64,000 nucleotides of DNA, from the NCBI GenBank assembly GCA_003599335.1, contig QZJN01000001.1:6167-70166 (forward strand). Direction: 5' to 3'. The position numbers and the translations under genes were made by a program. The notes under the pieces were generated by a model. That model saw only the letters and a program-made list of their open reading frames with translations. It was not told the origin of the DNA and ran no database searches. Numbering within the stretch: the stretch's first letter is position 1; each line of letters starts with the position of its first letter. Positions 37,718 to 47,092 of the stretch are shown here, piece by piece. This stretch comes from Candidatus Parcubacteria bacterium (GTDB taxonomy: Bacteria; Patescibacteriota; Minisyncoccia; SURF-38).

Positions 37718-39499
37718 TTATATTTTATTTAAAAGCTTTTCGTTGCCAGGAGCAACAAACAATTCATTATTGATCAAAACCATATCCAGTTTTGTTTTTG
37801 TCAACATTTCCAACCCCACGGAGCAATAATTTAGTATTGGCTCTCCGGCCGGGTTGAAGGATGTATTTAACAAAATTGGAACGCCGGCTATTTTTTCAAA
37901 AGCCTTTAGGGTGTCGTACAAGAATTGATTATGAGGTCGTCTTACTGTTTGTATCCGAGCCGAGCCGTCAACGTGGGTTATGGATGGTAATTTTTTCTGC
38001 CACTCCGGTTTTGTATAACATATGACAGACATATAAGGCACATCATTTTGAGCCGTAAAATATTTATGAGAATCTTCGGCGGTTACAACCGGAGCAAAAG
38101 GACGATACCATTCTCTATGCTTCACTTTATCGTTTAAAATATCACGCATATCCGGATTTAACGGATTGCATAAAATAGAGCGATTCCCTAAGGCTCTTGG
38201 CCCGACTTCGTAGCGGCCTCTTATAACTCCGACAATGATGTCTTGCGATAACAGTTTGGCAAGAATATCTGGGAGATTTTTTTCATCAATAATCTTGCTT
38301 GGGTATTGGTTTTTTAGCTTTGGCAGTTCTGCTAAATCAAAAGCTTCAAGACCAAGGTAGGGAGAAAAATACTCCCCGTAGCCATTGAATTTTTCGCCGG
38401 AAATTTTCCAATAGGTGTGAAGCGCGGCTCCTGAAGCAAGGCCACAATCTGTTGGATTTGGCAGAAAGTGAATATTTTTAAACATCCCAGATTGTTCTAT
38501 CGCATAATTTGTTATTCCGTTTAGAGCACATCCTCCTATAACACAAAGGTTTTCGGAGACTCCTTCACATTTTTTTAGGAGTTTAAGAACTTCATCTGTC
38601 CAGGCGTGCTGGACGGTTTGGGCTAAATCCTGGGCATCTTTATTGTCTAGGTTCGGGAATTCAAAATTTTTATTTGAAACTCTTCCTAAAAATTGATAAG
38701 AGAACCATTTAAACCAACTAAGTGAATCTGGTTTTGAGGTTGGCCTTGTGTATTTAGAAAGTTCAGGAATATCCGCAAGGGCGACGGCATTTGAACGGAA
38801 AAATTTTCCATAACTATTTAATTCTTTATTTGGATTATCAAGGTAGGGTAGTTTAAGGTATTTTTCGATGTATTTTTTGGCGTAGGGCAGCCATTCTTTT
38901 CGTACTTGGCCATAAGAACAAAGCCCCATTGTCTTGCCGGAAGTTGTGCCGCAAATTTCAGGTTTTATTCCCAGGAGATATCCAAGATTGTTGTAATTCT
39001 TTCCAAATTCAATTGAATTATTTTCCAAATATTTTAATCCCGAAGCGTTGTCTGCAGAAAATACAATTGTGTGGCCGTCATTGCCCGAGCCGTCATAGCT
39101 TAGTATAAGAGCCTTGGTAAATGGCGACGTATAGAAAGCAAGAGAGCCGTGGCTTAGATGATGATCAATGTGGTTAAAATTTAACCATGAGAAGCCCAAT
39201 TTCTTTAAAATTATCTTAAAATTTTCAAATTCTTCTTTTCTGCCTTGGTTTTGTACTGCTATAGCATCAAAGTTTTTACCCCACCTTGGCGTAAGCTCGT
39301 TTTTTAAAAAGGACTCAAGCTCGGCTGTATCTACATACTGAAAGGTGCTTTGGATTTTTTTTGGTTCAAGTGTAAGACAATTTAGTTTATAACGTTTTCT
39401 CCTAAAATATCTTTCGGCTTCTATTGCGGCTTTTACCTTACCATCTTCAACGATGGCAAAATTTGTATCATGTCCAAGCGATATGCCAAGAACTTTCAT
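37718..39499 (-). CDS. Carbamoyltransferase of the NodU/CmcH/TobZ family.
   Basis: N-terminus MKVLGISLGHDTNFAIVEDGKVKAAIEAERYFRRKRYK matches the family N-terminal ASKHA-fold signature (ILGIS..HD.aAaLv.DG.iv.A..EER..R.K). The ~590-aa length is typical. Confidence 0.8.
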   Translation of the reverse strand: MKVLGISLGHDTNFAIVEDGKVKAAIEAERYFRRKRYKLNCLTLEPKKIQSTFQYVDTAELESFLKNELTPRWGKNFDAIAVQNQGRKEEFENFKIILKKLGFSWLNFNHIDHHLSHGSLAFYTSPFTKALILSYDGSGNDGHTIVFSADNASGLKYLENNSIEFGKNYNNLGYLLGIKPEICGTTSGKTMGLCSYGQVRKEWLPYAKKYIEKYLKLPYLDNPNKELNSYGKFFRSNAVALADIPELSKYTRPTSKPDSLSWFKWFSYQFLGRVSNKNFEFPNLDNKDAQDLAQTVQHAWTDEVLKLLKKCEGVSENLCVIGGCALNGITNYAIEQSGMFKNIHFLPNPTDCGLASGAALHTYWKISGEKFNGYGEYFSPYLGLEAFDLAELPKLKNQYPSKIIDEKNLPDILAKLLSQDIIVGVIRGRYEVGPRALGNRSILCNPLNPDMRDILNDKVKHREWYRPFAPVVTAEDSHKYFTAQNDVPYMSVICYTKPEWQKKLPSITHVDGSARIQTVRRPHNQFLYDTLKAFEKIAGVPILLNTSFNPAGEPILNYCSVGLEMLTKTKLDMVLINNELFVAPGNEKLLNKI

Positions 39500-39500
39500 T

Positions 39501-40322
39501 TTATTTGAAGCAATGGTAAACGACGTGCGGGACGTCTGTGTTGGTTTTGAAATTTTTCAGATTGAATCTCGAAACAATTTCAACCTTTGAAAACCCGCTT
39601 GCCAACGCGAGTTTTTTGAAAGCCTCTGGGGAAAAGTGAAAGAAAGTTCCACCCCTGTCTCCCCAATAAGTTACAATCCTATCTTTAAAAGAAGGGCTTA
39701 GATTTAAAAGTTTGAGCCACCAATTGGCTTTTTTTGATCCCGACAATGTTGCAAGGGTTATTATGCAAAGTTTTTTTGTTGCAAGATACAACTGCTCCGT
39801 TGCTTCTACGGGGTTTTTTAGGTGTTCAATCAGGTCTCCGCAAAAAACAAGGTCAAATGATCGTTTTAAGTTAACGAGATCGTATATTGAGTAATTTTGA
39901 TAATTTATAGAAGAGTTAAGAAGTTTTTTGGCCATTAAAATGAGGTGGACTTCTTTAAGGCCAAGTCTTTTTGCTAAGCCTAAAAATTTTGAATTTTGAT
40001 TCTGTCGAGAGAGATACTTTTCATCAAACGACTTTATTTGTCCTAAAGAAGGGGATATTGCCGTTGTGCCATCAGATTTGTTTGTATCAACCGCCAATAC
40101 TTCTTTGGCGCCTTTTTTTTCAAATTCAAACGAAAAGAATCCATCGGCACATCCAACGTCCAAAACACTCATTTCTTTAAGGGATTGGGGTATTTTATAA
40201 AAGCGAAGATGTTCCCTGTGGTCATAAACCCCTTTTGAGGTTAGGCCCTTTGGAAATTCTAAGGTGTGGTACCACGTTGCGTTTTCCAAGAAACTTTTTA
40301 TTTCGTCTTCTTTTATATCCAT
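39501..40322 (-). CDS. Class I SAM-dependent methyltransferase.
   Basis: Motif I VLDVGCADGFFSFEFEKKGAKEVLAVD. Motif DLVFCGDLIEHL. Confidence 0.65.
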   Translation of the reverse strand: MDIKEDEIKSFLENATWYHTLEFPKGLTSKGVYDHREHLRFYKIPQSLKEMSVLDVGCADGFFSFEFEKKGAKEVLAVDTNKSDGTTAISPSLGQIKSFDEKYLSRQNQNSKFLGLAKRLGLKEVHLILMAKKLLNSSINYQNYSIYDLVNLKRSFDLVFCGDLIEHLKNPVEATEQLYLATKKLCIITLATLSGSKKANWWLKLLNLSPSFKDRIVTYWGDRGGTFFHFSPEAFKKLALASGFSKVEIVSRFNLKNFKTNTDVPHVVYHCFK

Positions 40323-40325
40323 AAT

Positions 40326-41006
40326 TTATTTTAAAAAGGTAAGGCCGTATCCGGTAGTCCAGGCTTGCAGAGATTCTGCTTTACATTTTTTATCAAGCCA
40401 CATAAGTATTTTCAGGAAAGGATTTTCAAATATGCGGCGGATTATTTTTTTAAAAATAATACCAATTGAACTTGTTGTTGGCGCGAGGAATAAGTGCTGC
40501 ATTGCAAGGGCTAAAACGGCAAAGATTGTGCCTTGTTTTTCTATTTCAGCTTTGGAAAATCCAGTTTTTAGGGCAGCCTCTAGCCAGTAATTTTCTGTAT
40601 AGCGTCCAAAGTCATAAGGATCGGCGTGTATAGGATACATAAAGGGGGTGGTGGCTAGCAATACTCCTCCTTTTTTTAGTAATCTGTTAGCTTCTTTCAA
40701 AACCTCCATTGGCTCTGCTACGTGTTCTAAAAGTTCTCCCATAATGGCAATGTCACAGGACTCATCTGCTAAGGGTATGTTCGAAGCATCGGCGACAATA
40801 TCCGGCTTTGATCTTGGATCAAGGTTCACATAAATAACTTTTGCTCCGTAAGAATCTATGTTAAATAATCCGCGCTTTTTATCACGCTTGCCGCCAATGT
40901 CAATTATCTGGGAAGTTTTGTTTATAAAACCTCTTTTTGCGAAGAAAAATTCATCAATGAAATGTCTTCGGACGGAAAAAGATAAAGAAGTTCTTTGTTT
41001 TCTCAT
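40326..41006 (-). CDS. Class I SAM-dependent methyltransferase.
   Basis: Motifs IIDIGG, IAIMGELLEHV and GGVLLATTPF. Start moved to MRKQRTS (41006), which abuts the flippase stop. Confidence 0.6.
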   Translation of the reverse strand: MRKQRTSLSFSVRRHFIDEFFFAKRGFINKTSQIIDIGGKRDKKRGLFNIDSYGAKVIYVNLDPRSKPDIVADASNIPLADESCDIAIMGELLEHVAEPMEVLKEANRLLKKGGVLLATTPFMYPIHADPYDFGRYTENYWLEAALKTGFSKAEIEKQGTIFAVLALAMQHLFLAPTTSSIGIIFKKIIRRIFENPFLKILMWLDKKCKAESLQAWTTGYGLTFLK

Positions 41007-42337
41007 TCTTTGTTTGAAGAAATTAAACGTCGAGATTCTATTTCCCAAATAATAATATTGGAAATGGCGGTTATAATATAAGAGGCAATAGAAGCTACAA
41101 CCAGCCCCCATATATGCCATCGCCATCCAAGGATTATAAAAAGTAAGATTCTTAAAGCCTGACTAATGATGCCATTGGCATAAAGAGCCCGCAGCATATT
41201 TTGTCCGTAAAAAACATTTCCTATGAAGATCGATGCAGGAACTACAATCAGTCCCAAGGCATAAACTTGAGAATATATAACGGCTTCAAGATATTGAGGT
41301 AAAAGCAGGTTGAATAGCAAGGGGCTTAAAATAATATACCCCAAAGCGAGGATGACCCCGACGAGTAAAGAGAAAGCAATGCGACGATAAAAAACAGAAC
41401 GGATTTCACCGATATTCTTTTCGGTTAAGCGGGGTAAAGATATGCTGGCCCAATTTTTTGCAAGACCCTTTAATCTTTCCGGTCCGGCAATAGCAAAACC
41501 ATAAATGGCCAGAGAAACAGGGCCCGCCGCTTGAAACAGAACTATTTTATCAAGGTATTGAGCCAAGGCTCCTATTATTCCAACGGCTGTAATATGAAAA
41601 CCGGTTCTTTTTAATTCGGAGATTGACTCTTGGTCCGGTTCTCCTTTTGTGAGAAATTTTTTTGTGTACAGATAAGCAATGATATTTGGTACAAGATTTA
41701 CCAGTGAGTATATCGAGATGATGGTAATGATATTTTTTGTATAAAAAAGAGCAATGATTGTTATTACTGCCGCTACAAAAGAGGAAATACCCCCAACCAA
41801 ACTTAAAAGATCAAAACGTTTTTTTCCTATAAAGACTGATTCGTATGTATGGTAAACGGCGCTTATCGGAACGGCAATTGCAAGCAATCCCAGAGATATC
41901 GCAAAAATTGCATTACCTTTAATTGCGTAATAGGCAGCTATGCCCCCAATGGCCACAACGGTAAATAAGTTATAGCGGAGTTGAAGTTTTATGGAGTAGG
42001 GCACAACGCTGTCTCTGCCCAAAGCAACAGCCCTTATCACGCTTGTGCCCATCCCGGTGAGGGTTAAAAAACCCAAAGAGCCGGCCAGTGAAAGAAGATA
42101 ATTGTATATGCCGTAGGTTTCTTTTGGAAGAAGATTACCGAAAGCTATCCCGGTTCCTATTGCCGCTATTATTCCTATTGTAAATCTTAGGGTTGTCCAA
42201 AATCCGCCCTTGGCTAGGTAGATGTTATCCATGCCGGTGTATCTTTGGGCGTCTATAAGTTTTTCCTTTAACCATCTCTTGACACCAGTACCCATAGTTG
42301 ATTTAAGATAGCATAGCGCTTGGTATTTTTCCAACAA
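41003..42337 (-). CDS. Wzx-type polysaccharide flippase (MOP/PST superfamily).
   Basis: 444 aa with about 12 TM helices throughout. Located in the glycan locus next to the priming transferase. Confidence 0.75.
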   Translation of the reverse strand: MLEKYQALCYLKSTMGTGVKRWLKEKLIDAQRYTGMDNIYLAKGGFWTTLRFTIGIIAAIGTGIAFGNLLPKETYGIYNYLLSLAGSLGFLTLTGMGTSVIRAVALGRDSVVPYSIKLQLRYNLFTVVAIGGIAAYYAIKGNAIFAISLGLLAIAVPISAVYHTYESVFIGKKRFDLLSLVGGISSFVAAVITIIALFYTKNIITIISIYSLVNLVPNIIAYLYTKKFLTKGEPDQESISELKRTGFHITAVGIIGALAQYLDKIVLFQAAGPVSLAIYGFAIAGPERLKGLAKNWASISLPRLTEKNIGEIRSVFYRRIAFSLLVGVILALGYIILSPLLFNLLLPQYLEAVIYSQVYALGLIVVPASIFIGNVFYGQNMLRALYANGIISQALRILLFIILGWRWHIWGLVVASIASYIITAISNIIIWEIESRRLISSNKE

Positions 42338-42363
42338 CTAAGCGCATTAATATTGATTGTTTT

Positions 42364-43281
42364 ATGTTAAATAAAAAACAAAAAGTTCTGGTAACGGGAG
42401 GGGCTGGATTCATTGGCTCTCATTTGGTTGATGCCCTCGTAAAAGAAGGTCATAAGGTTGTTGTGCTTGATAGTATGATAGGAGGTAAAAAAGACCATAT
42501 AAATCCAAAAGTTAAGTTTTATAAAGCGGATATCAGAAATCTAAATAAAATCAAACCGCTATTTAAAGGGATTGACTGCGTTTTTCACGTTGCTGCCGTG
42601 CCTAGGGTTCCTGTTTCTGTTAAATATCCAGAAATGACTCATCAGCATAATGCGGTCGGCACCCTGAATGTTTTAATTGCTGCCAGAGATGCCAAGGTGA
42701 AAAGGCTTGTTTATTCTTCTTCCTCGTCTGTTTACGGAGAACAAAATTCACTACCATTACATGAAGAAATGCCAACAAGGCCGATAAGTCCTTATGGTCA
42801 TCAGAAGTTAATAGGAGAACACTATTCCCGTATTTTCAGCCGTCTGTATGGTCTTGAAACGGTTATGCTGCGGTATTTCAATGTTTATGGTCCAAGACTT
42901 GATCCCAACGGCGCATACGCAATGGCAATCGGTAAGTTTTTAAAGCAGGCAAAAGAAAATCAACCACTAACTATTTTTGGTAATGGCAAACAAAGCAGAG
43001 ATTTTACCCACGTTAGAGATGTGGTTGGGGCAAATATATTAGCGATGAAATCAAAGCAGGTTGGAAAAGGAGAGGCTATAAATATAGGGGGAGGAAATAA
43101 CCATACGATTTTGGCTGTTGCAAAAATGATAAGCCCAAATTTAAAATTTTTGCCGCCCCGTCTTGGCGATCCGCTTCACACTTTAGCTTCCATAAAAAAA
43201 GCAAAAAAGCTTTTAGGTTGGCAACCCGAAGTTAAGTTAAGCGATGGTATAGAGGAGCTAAAGCAAATTATGCTTTCTTAG
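42364..43281 (+). CDS. NAD-dependent nucleotide-sugar epimerase/dehydratase (SDR, GalE/WbpP-like).
   Basis: Motif VLVTGGAGFIGSHLVDAL (GxxGxxG). Catalytic YxxxK (YGHQK). Confidence 0.85.
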   Translation: MLNKKQKVLVTGGAGFIGSHLVDALVKEGHKVVVLDSMIGGKKDHINPKVKFYKADIRNLNKIKPLFKGIDCVFHVAAVPRVPVSVKYPEMTHQHNAVGTLNVLIAARDAKVKRLVYSSSSSVYGEQNSLPLHEEMPTRPISPYGHQKLIGEHYSRIFSRLYGLETVMLRYFNVYGPRLDPNGAYAMAIGKFLKQAKENQPLTIFGNGKQSRDFTHVRDVVGANILAMKSKQVGKGEAINIGGGNNHTILAVAKMISPNLKFLPPRLGDPLHTLASIKKAKKLLGWQPEVKLSDGIEELKQIMLS

Positions 43282-44630
43282 CGTCCGGCTTGAGAGAGAA
43301 TTGTTTTTATAGTTTTTAATATAATCGCTAAATCAAGAATAAAAGATCTGTTCTTGATGTAATAAATTTCATATTGAAGTTTTTTGTAAGCTTCTTCAAG
43401 GGATGTACCAAAGATGTTGTTAATCTGGGCCCAGCCGCTTAAACCGGGCTTGATAAGATGGCGCGTTGAGTAATATTGTATCTGACTTTCAAATTGCGCA
43501 ACAAATTCTGGCCTTTCTGGTCTTGGTCCAACCAATGACAAATCTCCTTTAAGAAGTGACCAAAGTTGGGGTAATTCGTCTAATCTTGTTTTTCTTAACC
43601 AGCCTCCAATTCTTGTAACTCTGGGATCGTTTTCATCCGCAAATTGAGGGCCATTTTTCTCGGCGTCAACTTTCATGGTTCTGAATTTTTTTATTTCGAT
43701 GATTTTGTTGTTTTGTCCAACGCGTCTTTGCCTATAAAAAATTGGCCCGCCATCGTCTAATTTAATCGCAAGTATTATTAGGGGGTAAAAGATAAGAGAA
43801 ATAATGCCCCCAATAAGACCGGCAATAATATCTATGGTTCTTTTCATAAAATCATAAGGGCTTTTTATTTGGGTTGATATGTGTTGTAAGAACCATGCCT
43901 GTTTGACTATTGAGATTGGTATTTTGCCGGTTGTTGTTTCATAAAACTGCGCAGTGTCGTAGAATTTCACCCCCTTAAAGATGTGGCTAAAAAGCTTTGA
44001 GGTTTGTTTATCGTTGCTAAGATGGGCGACTATAGCGTCTACTTCGTTATTATTTATTAAATCCTCAAGTTTATTTAGCTTGTGAACTGTCATTTCTTTA
44101 ACTTCCGCCGGTTTGTTCGTAAAAATACCGACAATTTCATACCCAAATTGCGGATTGTTTTTAAAGCTTTTGATCAACTCTTTCGTCTCCTCGTTTATAT
44201 CTGTGAAAGCCAGTTTTTCTTTTAGCCAGCCACCGCCAACAATGGATCGGGTAAAAAGTCGCCAGAAGAAAAGTATAATGGTGGAAATGCCAAGAACAAG
44301 GAGTAGATTTGTTTTTGGGGTGATTATAAAGATTGGAAAAATATAAAACACCGTTATTGATATAAGGCCGTTTATTGCCTGGAGTCTGAAGAGTCTTTGG
44401 AGTATGCCGATTTTATTGCTCAAGGTGAGAGGGCTGTAAAGATCTCCTATATAAAAAGTTATGAGCCAGATAGAAAAAATAATTGTGAATGGCAAAAGAT
44501 GTATATTCCAAACCTCTTCATTTGGTTGAGATAAATAACGAAGCAATAAAGCAAGCCACAAAGAGACATATAGCAAAAATATATCCCCAGCGAACATTAA
44601 AAAGTTTTGAAAACGAGCCCTTGTTCTCAT
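43278..44630 (-). CDS. Polyprenyl-phosphate sugar-1-phosphate transferase (WbaP/CpsE-type 'bacterial sugar transferase').
   Basis: Four N-terminal TM helices. The C-terminal catalytic domain carries PIFYRQRRVGQNNKIIEIKKFRTM and DELPQLWSLLKGDLSLVGPRP, hallmarks of the family. Confidence 0.85.
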   Translation of the reverse strand: MRTRARFQNFLMFAGDIFLLYVSLWLALLLRYLSQPNEEVWNIHLLPFTIIFSIWLITFYIGDLYSPLTLSNKIGILQRLFRLQAINGLISITVFYIFPIFIITPKTNLLLVLGISTIILFFWRLFTRSIVGGGWLKEKLAFTDINEETKELIKSFKNNPQFGYEIVGIFTNKPAEVKEMTVHKLNKLEDLINNNEVDAIVAHLSNDKQTSKLFSHIFKGVKFYDTAQFYETTTGKIPISIVKQAWFLQHISTQIKSPYDFMKRTIDIIAGLIGGIISLIFYPLIILAIKLDDGGPIFYRQRRVGQNNKIIEIKKFRTMKVDAEKNGPQFADENDPRVTRIGGWLRKTRLDELPQLWSLLKGDLSLVGPRPERPEFVAQFESQIQYYSTRHLIKPGLSGWAQINNIFGTSLEEAYKKLQYEIYYIKNRSFILDLAIILKTIKTILSQAGR

Positions 44631-44734
44631 TTTATTTTTCTGTATTTCTAATATAGTCTATACTATAGGTCGGAGGATTATTTAAGCAAATCCTCCTTGA
44701 TTTTTAATTAGTTTGTGTTATATTATTCACCACG

Positions 44735-45418
44735 ATGAAAAATATAATTGAAGTTATAAAGGCTGACAAGCGCATTATAGTTTTTATTGGCATTGCCGTT
44801 GTTATTATTCTGGGCGGCTCTATTTATGCTTACTATAATTCCGAGGAAAAGGTTATAGAAAGGCTTGTTAAGGAAAATCCGCGCGGTGAAGAGTTTGCTA
44901 AGATAATTGCCGATTCTCAAAGTAAATTAAATGAATCCGGTTTAAGTCTAAAGGAAAAAATTGACGCCTTGCTTTCAAGCGCCGTGGCAAAAGAAGCCCT
45001 TGGTGACAGGAAAGGCGCCATAGAAGATTATAAAGCCGTGCTTGAATTAAACACCGCTCATCCGATAGCCCGTAATAATCTTGCCGGTTTGTATACGCTT
45101 ATGGGCCGCTACGAAGATGCCGAGTATCAGTATTTGGCTATTATTGCGACTCAGCCAAAAATTTTTGAGGGTTATATAAAATTAGCAGAACTTTACAGCG
45201 GATATTTTAAAGAGAAAGAAAGTTTGGTTCCAGCTGTTTTGAGTTATGCTATTGAACAGAATGGAACTCAACCGGCTTTTGTAGAAAAGTTAGCTCAATA
45301 TTATTATGATAAGCAACTTTACGTTCAGGCTCTCGAGCAGGTTGAGAGGCTTCTTCAAATTGATCCTTCAAGCGAATTCGGGAAAGCCATGATAGAAGAT
45401 ATACGTCAAAAAAGCTAA
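44735..45418 (+). CDS. TPR-repeat protein with an N-terminal TM anchor.
   Basis: TM segment IIVFIGIAVVIILGGSIYAYY. TPR-like repeats (AIEDYKAVLELNTAHPIARNNLAGLYTLMGRYEDAEYQY). Confidence 0.6.
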   Translation: MKNIIEVIKADKRIIVFIGIAVVIILGGSIYAYYNSEEKVIERLVKENPRGEEFAKIIADSQSKLNESGLSLKEKIDALLSSAVAKEALGDRKGAIEDYKAVLELNTAHPIARNNLAGLYTLMGRYEDAEYQYLAIIATQPKIFEGYIKLAELYSGYFKEKESLVPAVLSYAIEQNGTQPAFVEKLAQYYYDKQLYVQALEQVERLLQIDPSSEFGKAMIEDIRQKS

Positions 45419-45505
45419 TCCCTTGACTTTTTAATAACCAAGTGCTAAGCTTATAAAAGATGGGTTTTTCCTTTCACTAGGAAACCTCTTCCATTGTCGG
45501 CAACA

Positions 45506-45540
45506 GACCTCGTGGTTTTCCCGAGGTCTTTTGCTTTTTG
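45506..45540 (+). terminator. Rho-independent terminator after the TPR gene.
   Basis: Stem gacctcg...cgaggtc, followed by ttttgcttttt. Confidence 0.5.
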
Positions 45541-45716
45541 GAGAGTTTATTTTTTGGAGTTTTTTAAGATTTTGGAACTTATATTATTGTCGTTATATAC
45601 TACAAGTGGGTCGGGGATACCCATCTAAAGACTTTGGAATTGGGGTACATCTCCCCGGCCCGTTTTTAACTGCCGCCTTGCTGGGGCGGTTTTTTGTTGG
45701 ATGCTACAATAATCGT

Positions 45717-46673
45717 GTGAAGCTGATAAATATCCAACAAAAAACTAAATTGGCGCCCCTTACTTCATTTAGGGTTGGGGGAGATGCCAAATTTTTCTTT
45801 GAAGCTAAAACCAACGAAGAAGTTGGTTTGGCTATGATGTATGCATATGAGGAGAGTCTGCCTCTGTTTATACTCGGCGGGGGGACCAATATTTTGGTTT
45901 CAGATGGGGGTTTTGATGGGATTGCGATAAAACCCAACATTAAAAATATTAAGCCCGGTGAAGATTTCTTGAGTGTTGGCTCCGGAGCTTCTATGGAGAG
46001 TGTTCTAGATTATTGTCTTGAAAGGGGATTTTCTGGTCTGGAGTGGTCCGGTGGTTTGCCGGGAACAATCGGGGGAGCGGTCAGGGGCAATGCCGGAGCT
46101 TTTGGCGGGGAAATTTCAAATATAATCTCTGAAGTTTTGAGCATAAATGTTATTGGGGTTCAACCAAAGTTGATTCGTCGTTCGAGCAAAGATTGTAATT
46201 TTAGTTATCGTTCAAGCCTTTTTAAAACAAAAGAAGAAAAAGAAATTATTACCGAGGTTGTTTTGAGGTTTGATCACAAAAATAAAGATGAGCTTCGTAG
46301 GGTTGCTCAAGAAAAAATTCAATATCGGGCGGCAAATCATCCGCTTGAGTATCCAAACGCCGGCAGTATTTTTAAAAATATAAAAGCCCAAGATGCCCCG
46401 GAAGAGCTTTTCGAGCGAGCCCAAAAACTCGGTAAATTAAAAGGCAGGCCGGAAAGGATGATGATGCCAACAGCCTTCGTGATCGAAGAAACTGATCTTA
46501 AGGGTTTTAGTATTGGCGGGGCAGAAATTTCAACCAAGCATGCGAATTTTATAGTAAATAAAGGAAGGGCCACTGCCAAAGACATTTTTTCTTTGATAAA
46601 TCTTGTTAAGGAAAAAGTTGCCAAAAAATGGAAACTTGACTTAGAGGAAGAAATTCAGTATTTGGGTTTTTGA
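45717..46673 (+). CDS. murB: UDP-N-acetylenolpyruvoylglucosamine reductase MurB.
   Basis: FAD-binding domain (LTSFRVGGDAKFFFEAKTNEE ... LFILGGGTNILVSD). The C-terminal MurB_C shows KWKLDLEEEIQYLG. Start placed at GTG 45717. The 186 bp upstream, in the longer ORF 45531, contain terminator-like hairpins and no MurB homology. Confidence 0.75.
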   Translation: MKLINIQQKTKLAPLTSFRVGGDAKFFFEAKTNEEVGLAMMYAYEESLPLFILGGGTNILVSDGGFDGIAIKPNIKNIKPGEDFLSVGSGASMESVLDYCLERGFSGLEWSGGLPGTIGGAVRGNAGAFGGEISNIISEVLSINVIGVQPKLIRRSSKDCNFSYRSSLFKTKEEKEIITEVVLRFDHKNKDELRRVAQEKIQYRAANHPLEYPNAGSIFKNIKAQDAPEELFERAQKLGKLKGRPERMMMPTAFVIEETDLKGFSIGGAEISTKHANFIVNKGRATAKDIFSLINLVKEKVAKKWKLDLEEEIQYLGF

Positions 46674-47014
46674 AAAAACTTTGACACTTATCAGACTTTG
46701 TTTTCTAAATCAATCAATGGTCATCGGTTTTAGAGGGAGCTTTAATTTTTCTTGACCATCTTTATTATTGGTATGCCCGGCGCCACAACCTTATGTTGGG
46801 CGGTTATGACACCGGGTGGTTAAAGGTCAAGAGCCAAAGCATTCCTCAAAAAAAATAATGAAGAATGCATATACATGCCACGCAGAAAGAAGGCCGGCAG
46901 CGAAGAGATGAAATAAGAAATACCTCGGTATTTCTTGAATTTCCGTCGTTCGCCCACAACGAAAAATATATTTTCGTTTGGGTTCGCTCGGAAATATAAT
47001 CGCTGCATGAAGCA

Positions 47015-47044
47015 AAAGCCCCGTCATAACGGGGCTTTTGTTAT
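47015..47044 (+). terminator. Terminator-like hairpin closing the 340-bp gene-free interval between murB and hpf.
   Basis: Sequence aaagccccgtcataacggggcttttgtt. A T-run follows on the + strand. Confidence 0.4.
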
Positions 47045-47049
47045 TCAAA

Positions 47050-47078
47050 TTGCGCTCTTTGTGGTAAAAATGTAGAAT
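47050..47078 (+). promoter_or_regulatory. Sigma70-like promoter with an extended -10, serving hpf-secA.
   Basis: -35 TTGCGC (47050-47055), 17-bp spacer, TG-TAGAAT (47071-47078), 15 bp upstream of the hpf ATG. Confidence 0.5.
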
Positions 47079-47092
47079 GATTCATTGCCATT

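Noticed and set aside
46820-47048. Minus-strand ORFs of 62 and 73 aa in the murB-hpf spacer.
   Set aside because: No start context and odd composition. They overlap the terminator hairpin, so the region is better explained as non-coding or a small RNA.
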